DNA of 64,000 bases, from contig CAJWUJ010000005.1 in NCBI GenBank assembly GCA_913047625.1, forward strand, positions 6,239-70,238. The letters are read 5' to 3'. The translations under genes and the position numbers were made by a program. The notes beneath the pieces are model-generated. The model worked only from the letters and a program-made list of their open reading frames with translations, was not told the DNA's origin and made no database searches. Shown here one piece after another: positions 11,067 to 20,262 of the stretch (positions are counted from its first letter, which is position 1; each line of letters opens with the position of its first letter). This stretch comes from an uncultured Dehalococcoidia bacterium. Lineage in GTDB: Bacteria > Chloroflexota > Dehalococcoidia > Lucifugimonadales > CAJWUJ01.

Positions 11067-12008
11067 ATGATAGCCATATCACTTCTGATAGTGTTGGTGA
11101 CTCGCTTTGATATAGATTGGTATAGCACGTTTGAGACCTTGGCCGAATGTAATGTTGCTCTATATGGTGTGGCTTTCGGATCATATTACTTTGGATTCTA
11201 TATTCGTGGGCTTAGATGGCGTATTATGCTCTCGAATGCAGATATAGTCGATCCGTCTTCGAAACCCCTGCCCTCTCCGCTCAAATGTGCCAGGTATGTA
11301 TTCATAGGTTGGTTTGCTAATGCCATAACATGGTTCAGATTAGGTGACGCATATAGAGCGTATTCGCTAACAGCAGACTATGGCTATAGTTTCCCAAAGA
11401 CAATAGGCACCGTAGTTTCAGAACGTATTCTGGATATTGCAATGGTATTTATACTCTTGATAATAGCATCTATAACATTATATAAAGGTGCCGACACGGA
11501 TTTACTCATTTTATTTATCGGCATGTCAGCACTTTTAGCATTAATTGCTAGTTTATCTTTTATTGGATTGAAACAATTTGGGGTTAAAATAGCAAATCTT
11601 CTACCAAATGCTTTAGCTTTGCCTTATCTAAGATTTCATGCGGGCACTATAGATAGCCTAGATAGAATACCAACTCTATTAACGTTAAGTTTTATATCTT
11701 GGCTAACTGAAATTGGCAGATTATATTTCGTAATCCAAGCCCTTGGAGACACCAACATAGTATTGCCATTGATAGTATTTGTAACCCTCGCAAATGCCAT
11801 ATTGACCACAATACCTTTAACTCCCGGCGGAGTAGGAATAGTTGAACCAGGCATAATAGGACTTCTAACGTTGAGTATACCTGCGACAGAAGCTCTATCT
11901 ATAGCTCTATTGGACCGCTCAATAAGCTATGCAAGTATAGTAGTGTTTGGGGCCCTGTTGTTTGTGATACAAAAACTTTCAAACATAAGCAAAAATGAGG
12001 ATCCATGA
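11067..12008 (+). CDS. integral membrane protein, LPG-synthase-TM / flippase-like (UPF0104) family
   Basis: 313 aa with multiple hydrophobic helices and a TPGGVGIVEPG motif characteristic of the family. Confidence 0.6.
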   Translation: MIAISLLIVLVTRFDIDWYSTFETLAECNVALYGVAFGSYYFGFYIRGLRWRIMLSNADIVDPSSKPLPSPLKCARYVFIGWFANAITWFRLGDAYRAYSLTADYGYSFPKTIGTVVSERILDIAMVFILLIIASITLYKGADTDLLILFIGMSALLALIASLSFIGLKQFGVKIANLLPNALALPYLRFHAGTIDSLDRIPTLLTLSFISWLTEIGRLYFVIQALGDTNIVLPLIVFVTLANAILTTIPLTPGGVGIVEPGIIGLLTLSIPATEALSIALLDRSISYASIVVFGALLFVIQKLSNISKNEDP

Positions 12009-12018
12009 ACATATCCTC

Positions 12019-12048
12019 TTGACTTCAAATTTGTGAGCGAAATACAAT
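12019..12048 (+). promoter_or_regulatory. sigma70-like promoter candidate (TTGACT-18 nt-TACAAT)
   Basis: Hexamers at 12019-12024 and 12043-12048, about 32 nt upstream of the NUDIX gene start. Confidence 0.3.
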
Positions 12049-12080
12049 CAAATCAAATAACGAAAAGGTCCATTATATAA

Positions 12081-12527
12081 GTGACTGACAAAGCAAAACT
12101 TGCATTCCCCATATCTGCTGGTGGTGTGGTATATAGACTTCAAGAGAATACGCCGGAGATATTAATATGTGGCAGGCATCAAGCAGGTGGATGGTTGTGG
12201 GCATTACCAAAGGGTACTCCAGAAGCTGGTGAGTCTCTCCCTAACACCGCACTCCGAGAAGTACTAGAGGAAACTGGATTAGAAGTGAGTCTGTCCAAGA
12301 GAATTGACTCCGTCAACTACTGGTTCCTGCGTAACGCTGATCAAGTAAGATGCTATAAAACAGTATATTTCTATCTAATGACCACTGTAGGTGGATCAAT
12401 AGAAAATCATGACTCCGAATTCGACGTAGTAGAATGGATAGATGCCATAACTTCATTGACGAAATTAACCCACGAAGCAGAAAAATCTATAGTCGAAAAA
12501 TCAATTAGGATCATAAGAGACGACTAG
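12081..12527 (+). CDS. NUDIX hydrolase
   Basis: Nudix box GTPEAGESLPNTALREVLEETG (GX5EX7REUXEEXGU). Confidence 0.85.
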   Translation: MTDKAKLAFPISAGGVVYRLQENTPEILICGRHQAGGWLWALPKGTPEAGESLPNTALREVLEETGLEVSLSKRIDSVNYWFLRNADQVRCYKTVYFYLMTTVGGSIENHDSEFDVVEWIDAITSLTKLTHEAEKSIVEKSIRIIRDD

Positions 12528-12529
12528 CC

Positions 12530-13078
12530 ATGACCAATAAGATAGTTATAAAGGGACAAACCATCTTTCTCCGGGAAAAACGATTGGAAGACGCTCCATT
12601 AGATTATTCATGGAGATTAGATGAAGAGTTGTCCGATCTGGACGCCACTGTGCCTATAAGAATGTCATATAGCCAATATCTAAGAGTATATGAGGACGAA
12701 CTTAGCTATCCTGTATCCTGGTCAAAGAGATTTGCTGTAGAAACATATGATAACAAAACTATTGGAAACTGCATGTACTATGATATAGATCTTATGCGTC
12801 AACAGACTGAGTTGGGAATAATGATAGGAGATAAGGAATACTGGAACCACGGATTTGGTACAGATGTGGTAAATACACTTGTGCAACACATATTCAGCAC
12901 AACAAGAATAAACAGAGTCTATTTGCATACACTAATATGGAATATAAGGGCACAAAAGTCTTTTGCGAAATCTGGCTTTTATGCTGTAAGAGAGGTCACA
13001 AGGCGTGGCTATAACTTTCTATTAATGGAATTGACCAGGGAATCTTGGGAGGACTTTTTTGAAATCACTGAAGCCTAA
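12530..13078 (+). CDS. GNAT family N-acetyltransferase (RimJ/RimL-like)
   Basis: 182 aa. The pattern IGDKEYWNHGFGTDVVNTLVQHIF...RVYLHTLIWNIRAQKSFAKSGF is typical of Acetyltransf_3-type GNATs. The gap to the upstream gene is 2 nt. Confidence 0.75.
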   Translation: MTNKIVIKGQTIFLREKRLEDAPLDYSWRLDEELSDLDATVPIRMSYSQYLRVYEDELSYPVSWSKRFAVETYDNKTIGNCMYYDIDLMRQQTELGIMIGDKEYWNHGFGTDVVNTLVQHIFSTTRINRVYLHTLIWNIRAQKSFAKSGFYAVREVTRRGYNFLLMELTRESWEDFFEITEA

Positions 13079-13173
13079 GATGCCACTAAAGTATAACCAA
13101 ACAAGCATTGCGCCAGTGGTCTATTTTAACTATCATTGCAATTACATCACCTAGTCTACGATAATGAAATTAT

Positions 13174-13249
13174 GCCCCTGTAGCTCAGGCGGACAGAGCA
13201 GCGGTTTCCTAAACCGCGCGCCCCGGTTCGAGTCCGGGCAGGGGTACCA
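13174..13249 (+). tRNA. tRNA-Arg (anticodon CCT), CCA encoded
   Basis: Hand-folded cloverleaf of 76 nt. Acceptor GCCCCTG/CAGGGGT, anticodon stem GCGGT/ACCGC with loop TTCCTAA, T-arm CCCGG-TTCGAGT-CCGGG, then ACCA. Confidence 0.9.
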
Positions 13250-13269
13250 TCCACTATATCAATGATATC

Positions 13270-14292
13270 TTATTCATGAAGGTATCTTAATAGATTAGCT
13301 AGATCACTATGACTCGATTCATCTGATGGGAACCCGAGAGAAATCCTTGATGAGTAGGCTCCATATCGTTCTTTCAATGCAGGTCCTATATCTTTGTAGG
13401 CACCTGAAACGCTAAATGTATCCAATATGGATTCATTTATAAGTGAGGGCATTTCCTGCCATTTTCCCTGTTTAGACATTTCATGCAGCTCAAGACATGT
13501 ATCTCCCCATTCATGCATATCCATAACTGACTTGTAACTTCTTGTAGAACCATAGAATGATATTCTTTTCCTGCAAACTTCCCTTTGGAGCATTACTTCT
13601 TCCTCATCCCCACCAGTTGCAATCATCCCACCAGCTACTATCGATATGTCATCCATAGTCCTGCCGTTGGACTTTGCCCCGATCTCTACATTTGGGAGAA
13701 CTACCTCCTCTACATAACGGTTATTATTAAAACTATGTAATATAATTCCGTCGCAGACACTGCCAGCTACCTTCGACATTACTGGTCCTACAGCAGCAAT
13801 TGATATGGTTGGCATATCGCAATCCAACTTCCCGGGATTAAATTCTGGGGTCATCAGGTCAATCGAATAGTGTTTGCCTTGATAGTTAAGTTCTGCACCA
13901 TTTTGCCAACAATCCCAAATGCTTTTGATGGACTCAACATACTCTTTCATTCTAGGTGCGGGAGCGTACCAAGGAACGCTAAAGCGCCTTTCATTGTGAC
14001 CTTTAACCTGTGTGCCTAGACCTAATTCGAATCTCCCATCCGACATCTTTTGAAGATCCCAAGCCATATAGGCAGATAGCATAGGACTACGAGCAAACGC
14101 TATCGCTATTGAAGTTGCTACTCTTATTTTCTCTGTATGCTCAATGGCCATTATAGAAGGAAAGAAAGGATCGTGTGCTAATTCTGAGAAAGATATGCCG
14201 TCGAAACCAAGCTCCTCTGCAGTCTGAGCTATCTTCGGAATTAACCTTAAATCCTCTTGATCGCCACTACGTAGATGACAATATACTTCCAT
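13270..14292 (-). CDS. luciferase-like (LLM class) oxidoreductase, probably F420-dependent
   Basis: 340 aa. AEELGFDGISFSELAHDPF and GRFELGLGTQVKGHNERRF motifs resemble the MSMEG_2256-type F420 LLM family. Confidence 0.75.
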   Translation of the reverse strand: MEVYCHLRSGDQEDLRLIPKIAQTAEELGFDGISFSELAHDPFFPSIMAIEHTEKIRVATSIAIAFARSPMLSAYMAWDLQKMSDGRFELGLGTQVKGHNERRFSVPWYAPAPRMKEYVESIKSIWDCWQNGAELNYQGKHYSIDLMTPEFNPGKLDCDMPTISIAAVGPVMSKVAGSVCDGIILHSFNNNRYVEEVVLPNVEIGAKSNGRTMDDISIVAGGMIATGGDEEEVMLQREVCRKRISFYGSTRSYKSVMDMHEWGDTCLELHEMSKQGKWQEMPSLINESILDTFSVSGAYKDIGPALKERYGAYSSRISLGFPSDESSHSDLANLLRYLHE

Positions 14293-14533
14293 TCATATCT
14301 CCTTAGTTAATTATGGACAGCATTGTAACACGTTGAATCTATTTAAGCTCAATAATCAAGATGAATGGTTTCTGGATATCTCTCAAAGATTAGGCAATTG
14401 AGACACGAGTAATTTCAGAATAAGTATCTTGTGGAATTATGAAACTTGAATAGGTGATAGATAAGATATTACAATTGTATCCGCAAGTACATCCCAGATA
14501 ATACAAATTTAAATTTAACAAACAGATATCAAT

Positions 14534-14830
14534 ATGAACAAAACCCGGTCGCTGATGCTTGTGAGCATAGGCTCTTTTGTCGGTTCCTTAGTTGCTATTG
14601 TTTTAAATCAAGACCTAGACACACAAACTAACTTCTATATCCTTTTGGCAGGAATATCAGTATTATGCCTAATATATAGTGTATACATCGACATTAAGGC
14701 ATATATTGGCATCCATCTTATACACACCGAACCGGACAGAATACCTATCGTTGATAGAGCTGGTGAGATAACCGATGACGATATAGCAGAAGAAATCCAA
14801 AGACATATGGATGATCACAAACACTCTTGA
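14534..14830 (+). CDS. hypothetical small membrane protein (2 predicted TM helices, acidic His-rich tail)
   Basis: 98-aa ORF with two hydrophobic stretches. Its codon usage matches its neighbours. I recognise no family. Confidence 0.45.
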   Translation: MNKTRSLMLVSIGSFVGSLVAIVLNQDLDTQTNFYILLAGISVLCLIYSVYIDIKAYIGIHLIHTEPDRIPIVDRAGEITDDDIAEEIQRHMDDHKHS

Positions 14831-14899
14831 AACTCCCCATAGCTATAGAAAAAGAATATCTAATTTTTCGTCACCCACTCCACAATATGAGGATAACTA

Positions 14900-15148
14900 A
14901 TGATTAACAGGAATTTAGTTCTAGCCAGTTCACTCTTAGTGTTACTGTTAAATATAGTTGCGCTAGTGTACCTATACAGTCAAAGCAATCAACTGGAGCA
15001 GAAAATTATTGAATTAGAATCTAATAGACAACAACACCTTGATATAATATACCCACAACCCTTGGATAAAGATATTTCGACTAGCCTCGCCGAAATAGAT
15101 GCTAGGATAAAGGCAATTGAAGGAACTCTACAAATCAACGCAAAGTAA
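14900..15148 (+). CDS. hypothetical small membrane-anchored coiled-coil protein
   Basis: 82-aa ORF with an N-terminal TM helix and then a heptad-like region. GAGGA lies upstream of the ATG. Confidence 0.45.
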   Translation: MINRNLVLASSLLVLLLNIVALVYLYSQSNQLEQKIIELESNRQQHLDIIYPQPLDKDISTSLAEIDARIKAIEGTLQINAK

Positions 15149-15204
15149 CTCTCAATACACTAAGACCACAATCCCCAAATACACTCCTACCCCTGCTTAT
15201 TAGC

Positions 15205-15639
15205 TTACCGAGAATTTACTTCTGCCAGAAACACAGGTATTATTCTAGTAGTTTTACTCTGATAATCCTCGTATGGAGGATAAGCCTGGACCGCCAGAGA
15301 CCACAACCTAGATCTCTGTTCGACATCTTCGACTTCCCTTACTACCATCTCATATACGTCAGACCTATCTCTTATCATAACTCGTGGATCAGCCTTCAGG
15401 TTATAATACCAATAAGGATTCTTCTCTGAACCACCCTGGGAGGCAACAAGCACATATTTATTGCCATCCGAAACCCTCATCAGGGGAGTTTTCCTTATAG
15501 AACCGGTTATTCTACCAGTGTTTGTGACTATTATGACCGGCAATCCCCTAAGGGTAGTCCCCTCTTCACCGTTACTAGATTCATACAGCTCGACTTGCTC
15601 AGCTACCCATTTGGTAGTGCTAGGTATGTAATCATTCAT
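15205..15639 (-). CDS. deazaflavin (F420H2)-dependent nitroreductase family protein (DDN-like)
   Basis: The NPYWYYNLKADP motif and about 145-aa size are typical of the family. I prefer the ATG at 15639 (GGAGG 9 nt upstream) over the TTG at 15648 that abuts the SD. Confidence 0.8.
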   Translation of the reverse strand: MNDYIPSTTKWVAEQVELYESSNGEEGTTLRGLPVIIVTNTGRITGSIRKTPLMRVSDGNKYVLVASQGGSEKNPYWYYNLKADPRVMIRDRSDVYEMVVREVEDVEQRSRLWSLAVQAYPPYEDYQSKTTRIIPVFLAEVNSR

Positions 15640-15646
15640 AGGATAC

Positions 15647-15734
15647 AACCTCCATAATATTATACAAATCTATAACCTATACAGTTATACACAACCAACG
15701 TACAAACAATGACAACTGATAACCTCCATAATAT
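15647..15734. repeat. 14-bp perfect direct repeat AACCTCCATAATAT (copies 15647-15660 and 15721-15734)
   Basis: Read directly from the sequence. On the minus strand each copy reads ATATTATGGAGGTT, which carries both an SD-like GGAGG and an ATG. Confidence 0.9.
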
Positions 15735-15942
15735 CCAAAAAAATTGATTGTCTTTAGCTGTAGCTATAAATGCAAGTATCTTTTTCATCAGTTTACACTA
15801 TTCGATTTACATACAGAAATTTCCTAATATCAGAAATCAATAGAAATCATATCAGATCTTTTATGCTCAATGGAGCCCCCCTTTACCACACATCATTATC
15901 AAGGTAAAATATGCCTCATCGCTTGCGAAAGCGGTAAAATAC

Positions 15943-16018
15943 AGGAGTGTAGCTCAGATGGAAGAGCAGCGGTCTCCAAAACCGCAGGTCGGGGGTTCGA
16001 ATCCTCCCACTCCTGCCA
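15943..16018 (+). tRNA. tRNA-Trp (anticodon CCA), CCA encoded
   Basis: 76-nt cloverleaf. Acceptor AGGAGTG/CACTCCT, anticodon stem GCGGT/ACCGC with loop CTCCAAA, T-arm GGGGG-TTCGAAT-CCTCC, discriminator G, then CCA. Confidence 0.92.
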
Positions 16019-16056
16019 TTTGCAGTGCATCTGGTGTGAATTACGTTAACTGGTCT

Positions 16057-16671
16057 ATGCCGTTTCATTACAGAGTTGTTGCAGAAAAAATTCTCCTCGG
16101 TTGTTATTATTGCCTACATTTGGTTGAAAAGCTCTCTGCTTTGATGGGTCATATAGCAGGCTGGGCCTTTCTTTTTCTTGGTTTTTACATCACTATTGAC
16201 ACAGTGCTCCGGAAGTACACTACCTGGTCGTCCAAAGGACATACAGAGATTGGACAGTATGTCTTAGCAGTTGCAGTAACTTGGGGGGCTGGCTACGCCT
16301 TAAGTAAGAGGGCGCATATAAGGATTGATACTTTATTGATCCTTATGCCTAAGTGGTTACAAGGATATCTTAATCTTCTCTCTATTGCTTTGGTATGCAT
16401 TTTTCTTTCAGCGATACTATGGTATCTATTGACTGACTTTTTACCCTATACTTTTAGCATGAATGCTAAGGCAGCCACTATCCTTCGTACTCCCCTCAAA
16501 ATCCCTCAAACGTTGTGGGTTTTTGGATTATTTTGGTTGTGGTTATATGCCCTATTGCAGTTGATCGTTGGCATATTTGAAATAGGACTAGGAAGAGCTT
16601 CAATCTTAGCATCTGAGAGTGGACAGCCAAAGCCGTATTTGGGCACTAATTCAAGCATTGAGGAAGCATAG
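16057..16671 (+). CDS. dctQ: TRAP transporter small permease subunit
   Basis: A hydrophobic 4-TM protein directly upstream of dctM. I moved the start to ATG 16057 because the tracked ORF start (15958) lies inside tRNA-Trp. Confidence 0.7.
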   Translation: MPFHYRVVAEKILLGCYYCLHLVEKLSALMGHIAGWAFLFLGFYITIDTVLRKYTTWSSKGHTEIGQYVLAVAVTWGAGYALSKRAHIRIDTLLILMPKWLQGYLNLLSIALVCIFLSAILWYLLTDFLPYTFSMNAKAATILRTPLKIPQTLWVFGLFWLWLYALLQLIVGIFEIGLGRASILASESGQPKPYLGTNSSIEEA

Positions 16672-16746
16672 ACTGGTATGTATACAGGGATTTTGTATTG
16701 AATGAAGTAGACATAAGTTTTTACAGAAACGTAGTGGATTAATTGG

Positions 16747-18051
16747 ATGTCAGCAATAGTACTGGGTACCAGTTTTGGGCTATTAATTATTTTTCTGTCA
16801 ATGGGGGTATATGTCTTTGCCAGTCTCGGTACAGTAGCACTTATCCTGTTTTGGGTATTTATTCCCGCGAAATGGCATGTCTTGACAGGAATGTTGTTGT
16901 GGCCAGCAAGTACTAACTGGCTTCTTTTATCAATACCACTATTTGTATTGATGGGAGAGTTAATATTGCGAGCGGGTATTGCAGATCGCCTTTATCGAGC
17001 AATTTCCTACTGGTTGATAGGTATTCCTGGGGGCCTTCTTTACAGCAATATTGTTGCCTGTGGTATTTTTTCTGCAGTTTCAGGTTCCAGTGTTGCTACT
17101 GCTGCGACTATAGGTACTGTTGCAATCCCAAACTTTGCCTCTCGGGGTTATAACGAAAGATTGGTCTTGGGATCTCTTGCAGCTGGCGGAACTTTAGGTA
17201 TTCTTATCCCTCCCAGTATTCATCTGATCCTTTACGGATATTTCACGGGAACATCTATAGGAAAACTATTTATGGCTGGCTTTATGCCTGGATTGGTTCT
17301 TATGTTGTTGTTTATGTTACTTATTTTTGGGGCATCAATCCTGAGTCCCAACTGGACCGGGATTGAAAACAGAGTTTCATGGACAGTTCGTTTGAGAAGC
17401 TTGAAGGATTTTGTTCCTACTTGCGTGCTTATTGTCATTGTTTTAGGGAGCATTTACAGGGGTGTTGCTACTCCTACTGAAGCTGCAGCTTATGGCGTTA
17501 CTGGAGCGTTTTTGTTGGGATTATGCTATAGAAGTGTTAATTACAGGATGCTTTCTGAGGCTGTTACATCGACCATTCGAACCTCTTCCTTTATTCTGAT
17601 GATTGTTATAGCTGGGAATCTTTTTAATTACGCTTTAGTTATTCTGGATGTGCCGCAACAAATTGCCTCTGCTGTCGGAGGTCTTGGGTTATCTCAATGG
17701 GTACTTTTAGTAGTTATCATACTGTTGTACATTTTTTTAGGCATGTTTATGGAGAGTTTTACTATTGTAGTTACCACTGTTCCTATGCTAGCACCACTCT
17801 TGTTTGCTACTGGGAAGGATCCTGTTCTGCTAGGAGTGTTGTTCGTAATACTTCTTGAAATGGCGTTGATTACGCCCCCCGTTGGATTAAACCTTTATGT
17901 GATTCATGGGCTTCGCCAAACGAGAGGATCAATAAACGATGTCATAGTCGGGGCCCTACCCTTCGTACTGTGCATGCTAGCAATGATAGGGATAATAACG
18001 CTGTTTCCCCAAATTGTCTTGTGGCTACCGCAAACAATGTTCGGGAGTTGA
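16747..18051 (+). CDS. dctM: TRAP transporter large permease subunit
   Basis: 434 aa and polytopic. Motifs such as LFVLMGELILRAGIADRLY and SGSSVATAATIG are typical of the DctM family. Confidence 0.88.
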   Translation: MSAIVLGTSFGLLIIFLSMGVYVFASLGTVALILFWVFIPAKWHVLTGMLLWPASTNWLLLSIPLFVLMGELILRAGIADRLYRAISYWLIGIPGGLLYSNIVACGIFSAVSGSSVATAATIGTVAIPNFASRGYNERLVLGSLAAGGTLGILIPPSIHLILYGYFTGTSIGKLFMAGFMPGLVLMLLFMLLIFGASILSPNWTGIENRVSWTVRLRSLKDFVPTCVLIVIVLGSIYRGVATPTEAAAYGVTGAFLLGLCYRSVNYRMLSEAVTSTIRTSSFILMIVIAGNLFNYALVILDVPQQIASAVGGLGLSQWVLLVVIILLYIFLGMFMESFTIVVTTVPMLAPLLFATGKDPVLLGVLFVILLEMALITPPVGLNLYVIHGLRQTRGSINDVIVGALPFVLCMLAMIGIITLFPQIVLWLPQTMFGS

Positions 18052-18091
18052 GAAGATGAGCTCAGCAAAAGAGAAGGGTGTTCTTATATCG

Positions 18092-19051
18092 CTAGTTGTC
18101 AGAATTTTCAGTGAGAGAGCTATCGGCAGAGGAGGTTTCTAAATACTTGAAAAGTTCATCTTTGGAAGACAAAACCAGTATGTCGTTCTCGGTTATGATG
18201 GTTTCGTACGCTTCTAAACTACGAGTGAATGCGTAAAATTCAGGATCTTGTTCGAGTGCTTCTGCGAATAAGGCAATAGCTTGTCCTTCACCTTCGCCTC
18301 TCAGAGTGTTAGAAATTTTTTCAGCCTCTGCTCTAATTATTGCTACTTCTCTATCCACGTCAGAAGTTATCTTTAAATTTTGTTCTTCGCCTTCGGCTCG
18401 TAATTTTTGTGCTTGTACATTTCGTTCAGTTCTCATCCTGTTGAAAACCGTTAGTTCAACAGTAGTAGGAAAGTCAGCTGCTTTAATGCGGACGTCTATA
18501 ACTTTGACGCCGAAGTCGTTGTCTACAGATTCCACTGCTCGATTAGCTCCCTCAATCACCTTGCGAGTTAGGGCTTCTCTTGTTTCTTCTTGATCGTCTG
18601 TGATTGTCGGGACAACAATGATCGTACCGTCTGCTTGAGTTTCGGCAGTTCCCCCGATAATATCTGCCCGGTCACTAGCAGCCACTACTCTTCTTAGCTC
18701 AGATATTACTATATTACCTATTCTGTTTTGTGCAGTGAATTCATCTTTGAGACGGAGTAAGAATCTTTCTGGATCTAGGATTTTATACCGGACATAAGCA
18801 TCTATTTCCAAGAATTGTTGATCTTTGTCTGGCATAGATTCAGTTCGAACATCGATACGAAGTAGTCTATTATCAAAAAGGTTTACTTGATCCATGAACG
18901 GGATTTTCGTTTGCAGCCCAGGGTTTTTAATGACCCTTTGTATTTCACCAAACCTCGTTACAACGGCGAATTTAGTTTCATCTACCCCGAAAAACACCTG
19001 TGAAGTTAATAGTATAGCGAGAGCTAGCGGAATAATAAGTATAAATCTCAT
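18092..19051 (-). CDS. hflC: protease modulator HflC (SPFH/band-7)
   Basis: 319 aa with an N-terminal TM and an SPFH domain. It lies immediately downstream of hflK (1-nt gap). Confidence 0.85.
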   Translation of the reverse strand: MRFILIIPLALAILLTSQVFFGVDETKFAVVTRFGEIQRVIKNPGLQTKIPFMDQVNLFDNRLLRIDVRTESMPDKDQQFLEIDAYVRYKILDPERFLLRLKDEFTAQNRIGNIVISELRRVVAASDRADIIGGTAETQADGTIIVVPTITDDQEETREALTRKVIEGANRAVESVDNDFGVKVIDVRIKAADFPTTVELTVFNRMRTERNVQAQKLRAEGEEQNLKITSDVDREVAIIRAEAEKISNTLRGEGEGQAIALFAEALEQDPEFYAFTRSLEAYETIITENDILVLSSKDELFKYLETSSADSSLTENSDN

Positions 19052-19052
19052 G

Positions 19053-20111
19053 TTACTTACTCTCCCCTAGTGGTAGAAACTGCAATAAACTGCCCCCAGA
19101 TTCCGGTTCAATGACATATTTTGGAACCTTTGGTAACACTGATTCCATTTTTTCTAAGTAAAGTCTCGTTCTCGTCACTTCTTTGGCTTTTTGATATTCT
19201 TCTAAGACCGATAAAAACCGTGCAGATTCTCCCTTGGCTTTGAGTATGCGTTCTTCTTTAAATGCTGCGGCTGCATTGATGATTTTCTCCGCATCACCTC
19301 TTGCCCTTGGCAATTGGTCTTGCTGATAGGCTAGTGCCTCATTGATCCTGGCTTCTTTGTCCACCCGAGCTCTGACTACATCGTCAAATGCATCTCGAAC
19401 GTCATCAGGCGGACGGACGTTTTGTAGCCTTACTTCAAGGACTTCAATTCCACTTGAGTAGTCATCCAGTATTCTCCGTAGAAGATGAAGGGTCTCTAGT
19501 TGGACCTGGTCTTTATTAACAGTGAGAATATCATCAATGCTACTTTTACCAACTACCTGTCGAAGGGCAGCTTCCGTAGCATCCTTGAGCGTCATACCGT
19601 CAGGGGAACCTTGTCCCACACCTCTGTCAACGTCTCCCGGATCATCAACCTGGAATAGAAAATTGGTCAAATCGTTAATCCGATACTGAACTATCATCTG
19701 CACGTCGACAATATTCAGGTCTCCTGTGATCATAAGGGCTTCAGCTGAAACATCACTGATTTGATTACCCTGGGTTCTAAAACCCAATTCCAATCTGCGT
19801 GCTTCTTCAACGGTTTCTCTAATTGTTTCTCCTACAGGGGCTGGCCAGTGCCAATGAAGACCTGCGCTTTGAAGTGGTGGGTAAAATTTGCCAAAAAGTT
19901 TTCGGGCGGCTAGTTCAGAAGGCTGTACTTGGTAAAACCCTGAGAGAAACCAGACTATACCAATGGCAATTAACCCAACAAAAAAAAGCGAGTTAAACTT
20001 AAATCCACCAATTTTGCTGAAGGGAGGTTCAATCAAATCTCTGATTCTTGTGAACAAGGTCAAGAGATCTCTTTCTAGTTGGGATTGAGGTTTACGATTT
20101 CTCGGCATCAT
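19053..20111 (-). CDS. hflK: protease modulator HflK (SPFH/band-7)
   Basis: 352 aa with an N-terminal TM and an SPFH domain, in the canonical hflK-hflC order. Confidence 0.85.
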   Translation of the reverse strand: MMPRNRKPQSQLERDLLTLFTRIRDLIEPPFSKIGGFKFNSLFFVGLIAIGIVWFLSGFYQVQPSELAARKLFGKFYPPLQSAGLHWHWPAPVGETIRETVEEARRLELGFRTQGNQISDVSAEALMITGDLNIVDVQMIVQYRINDLTNFLFQVDDPGDVDRGVGQGSPDGMTLKDATEAALRQVVGKSSIDDILTVNKDQVQLETLHLLRRILDDYSSGIEVLEVRLQNVRPPDDVRDAFDDVVRARVDKEARINEALAYQQDQLPRARGDAEKIINAAAAFKEERILKAKGESARFLSVLEEYQKAKEVTRTRLYLEKMESVLPKVPKYVIEPESGGSLLQFLPLGESK

Positions 20112-20262
20112 GGTTTTGGTTGCTTCCTATTTCCTAAGCTTGAAGGATACTATCACTTTGGCGACAGTCTATCAAACATTGTGGGGCTTTTTATCTCAAA
20201 GGTTAGGGTATTAATCTCTTCTCAAAGCATCAGCCTACACAGCATAAGCCTGAAATTTGAGA

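Noticed and set aside
15921-15936. Short hairpin CGCTT-GCGA-AAGCG just upstream of tRNA-Trp
   Set aside because: The stem is only 5 bp, with no U-tract. It is compatible with chance or a minor processing signal and is not reportable as a terminator.
15958-16056. N-terminal 33 codons of the tracked 237-aa ORF (MEEQRSPKPQVGGSNPPTPA...)
   Set aside because: This stretch is the in-frame translation of tRNA-Trp (15943-16018). The real dctQ start is most likely ATG 16057.
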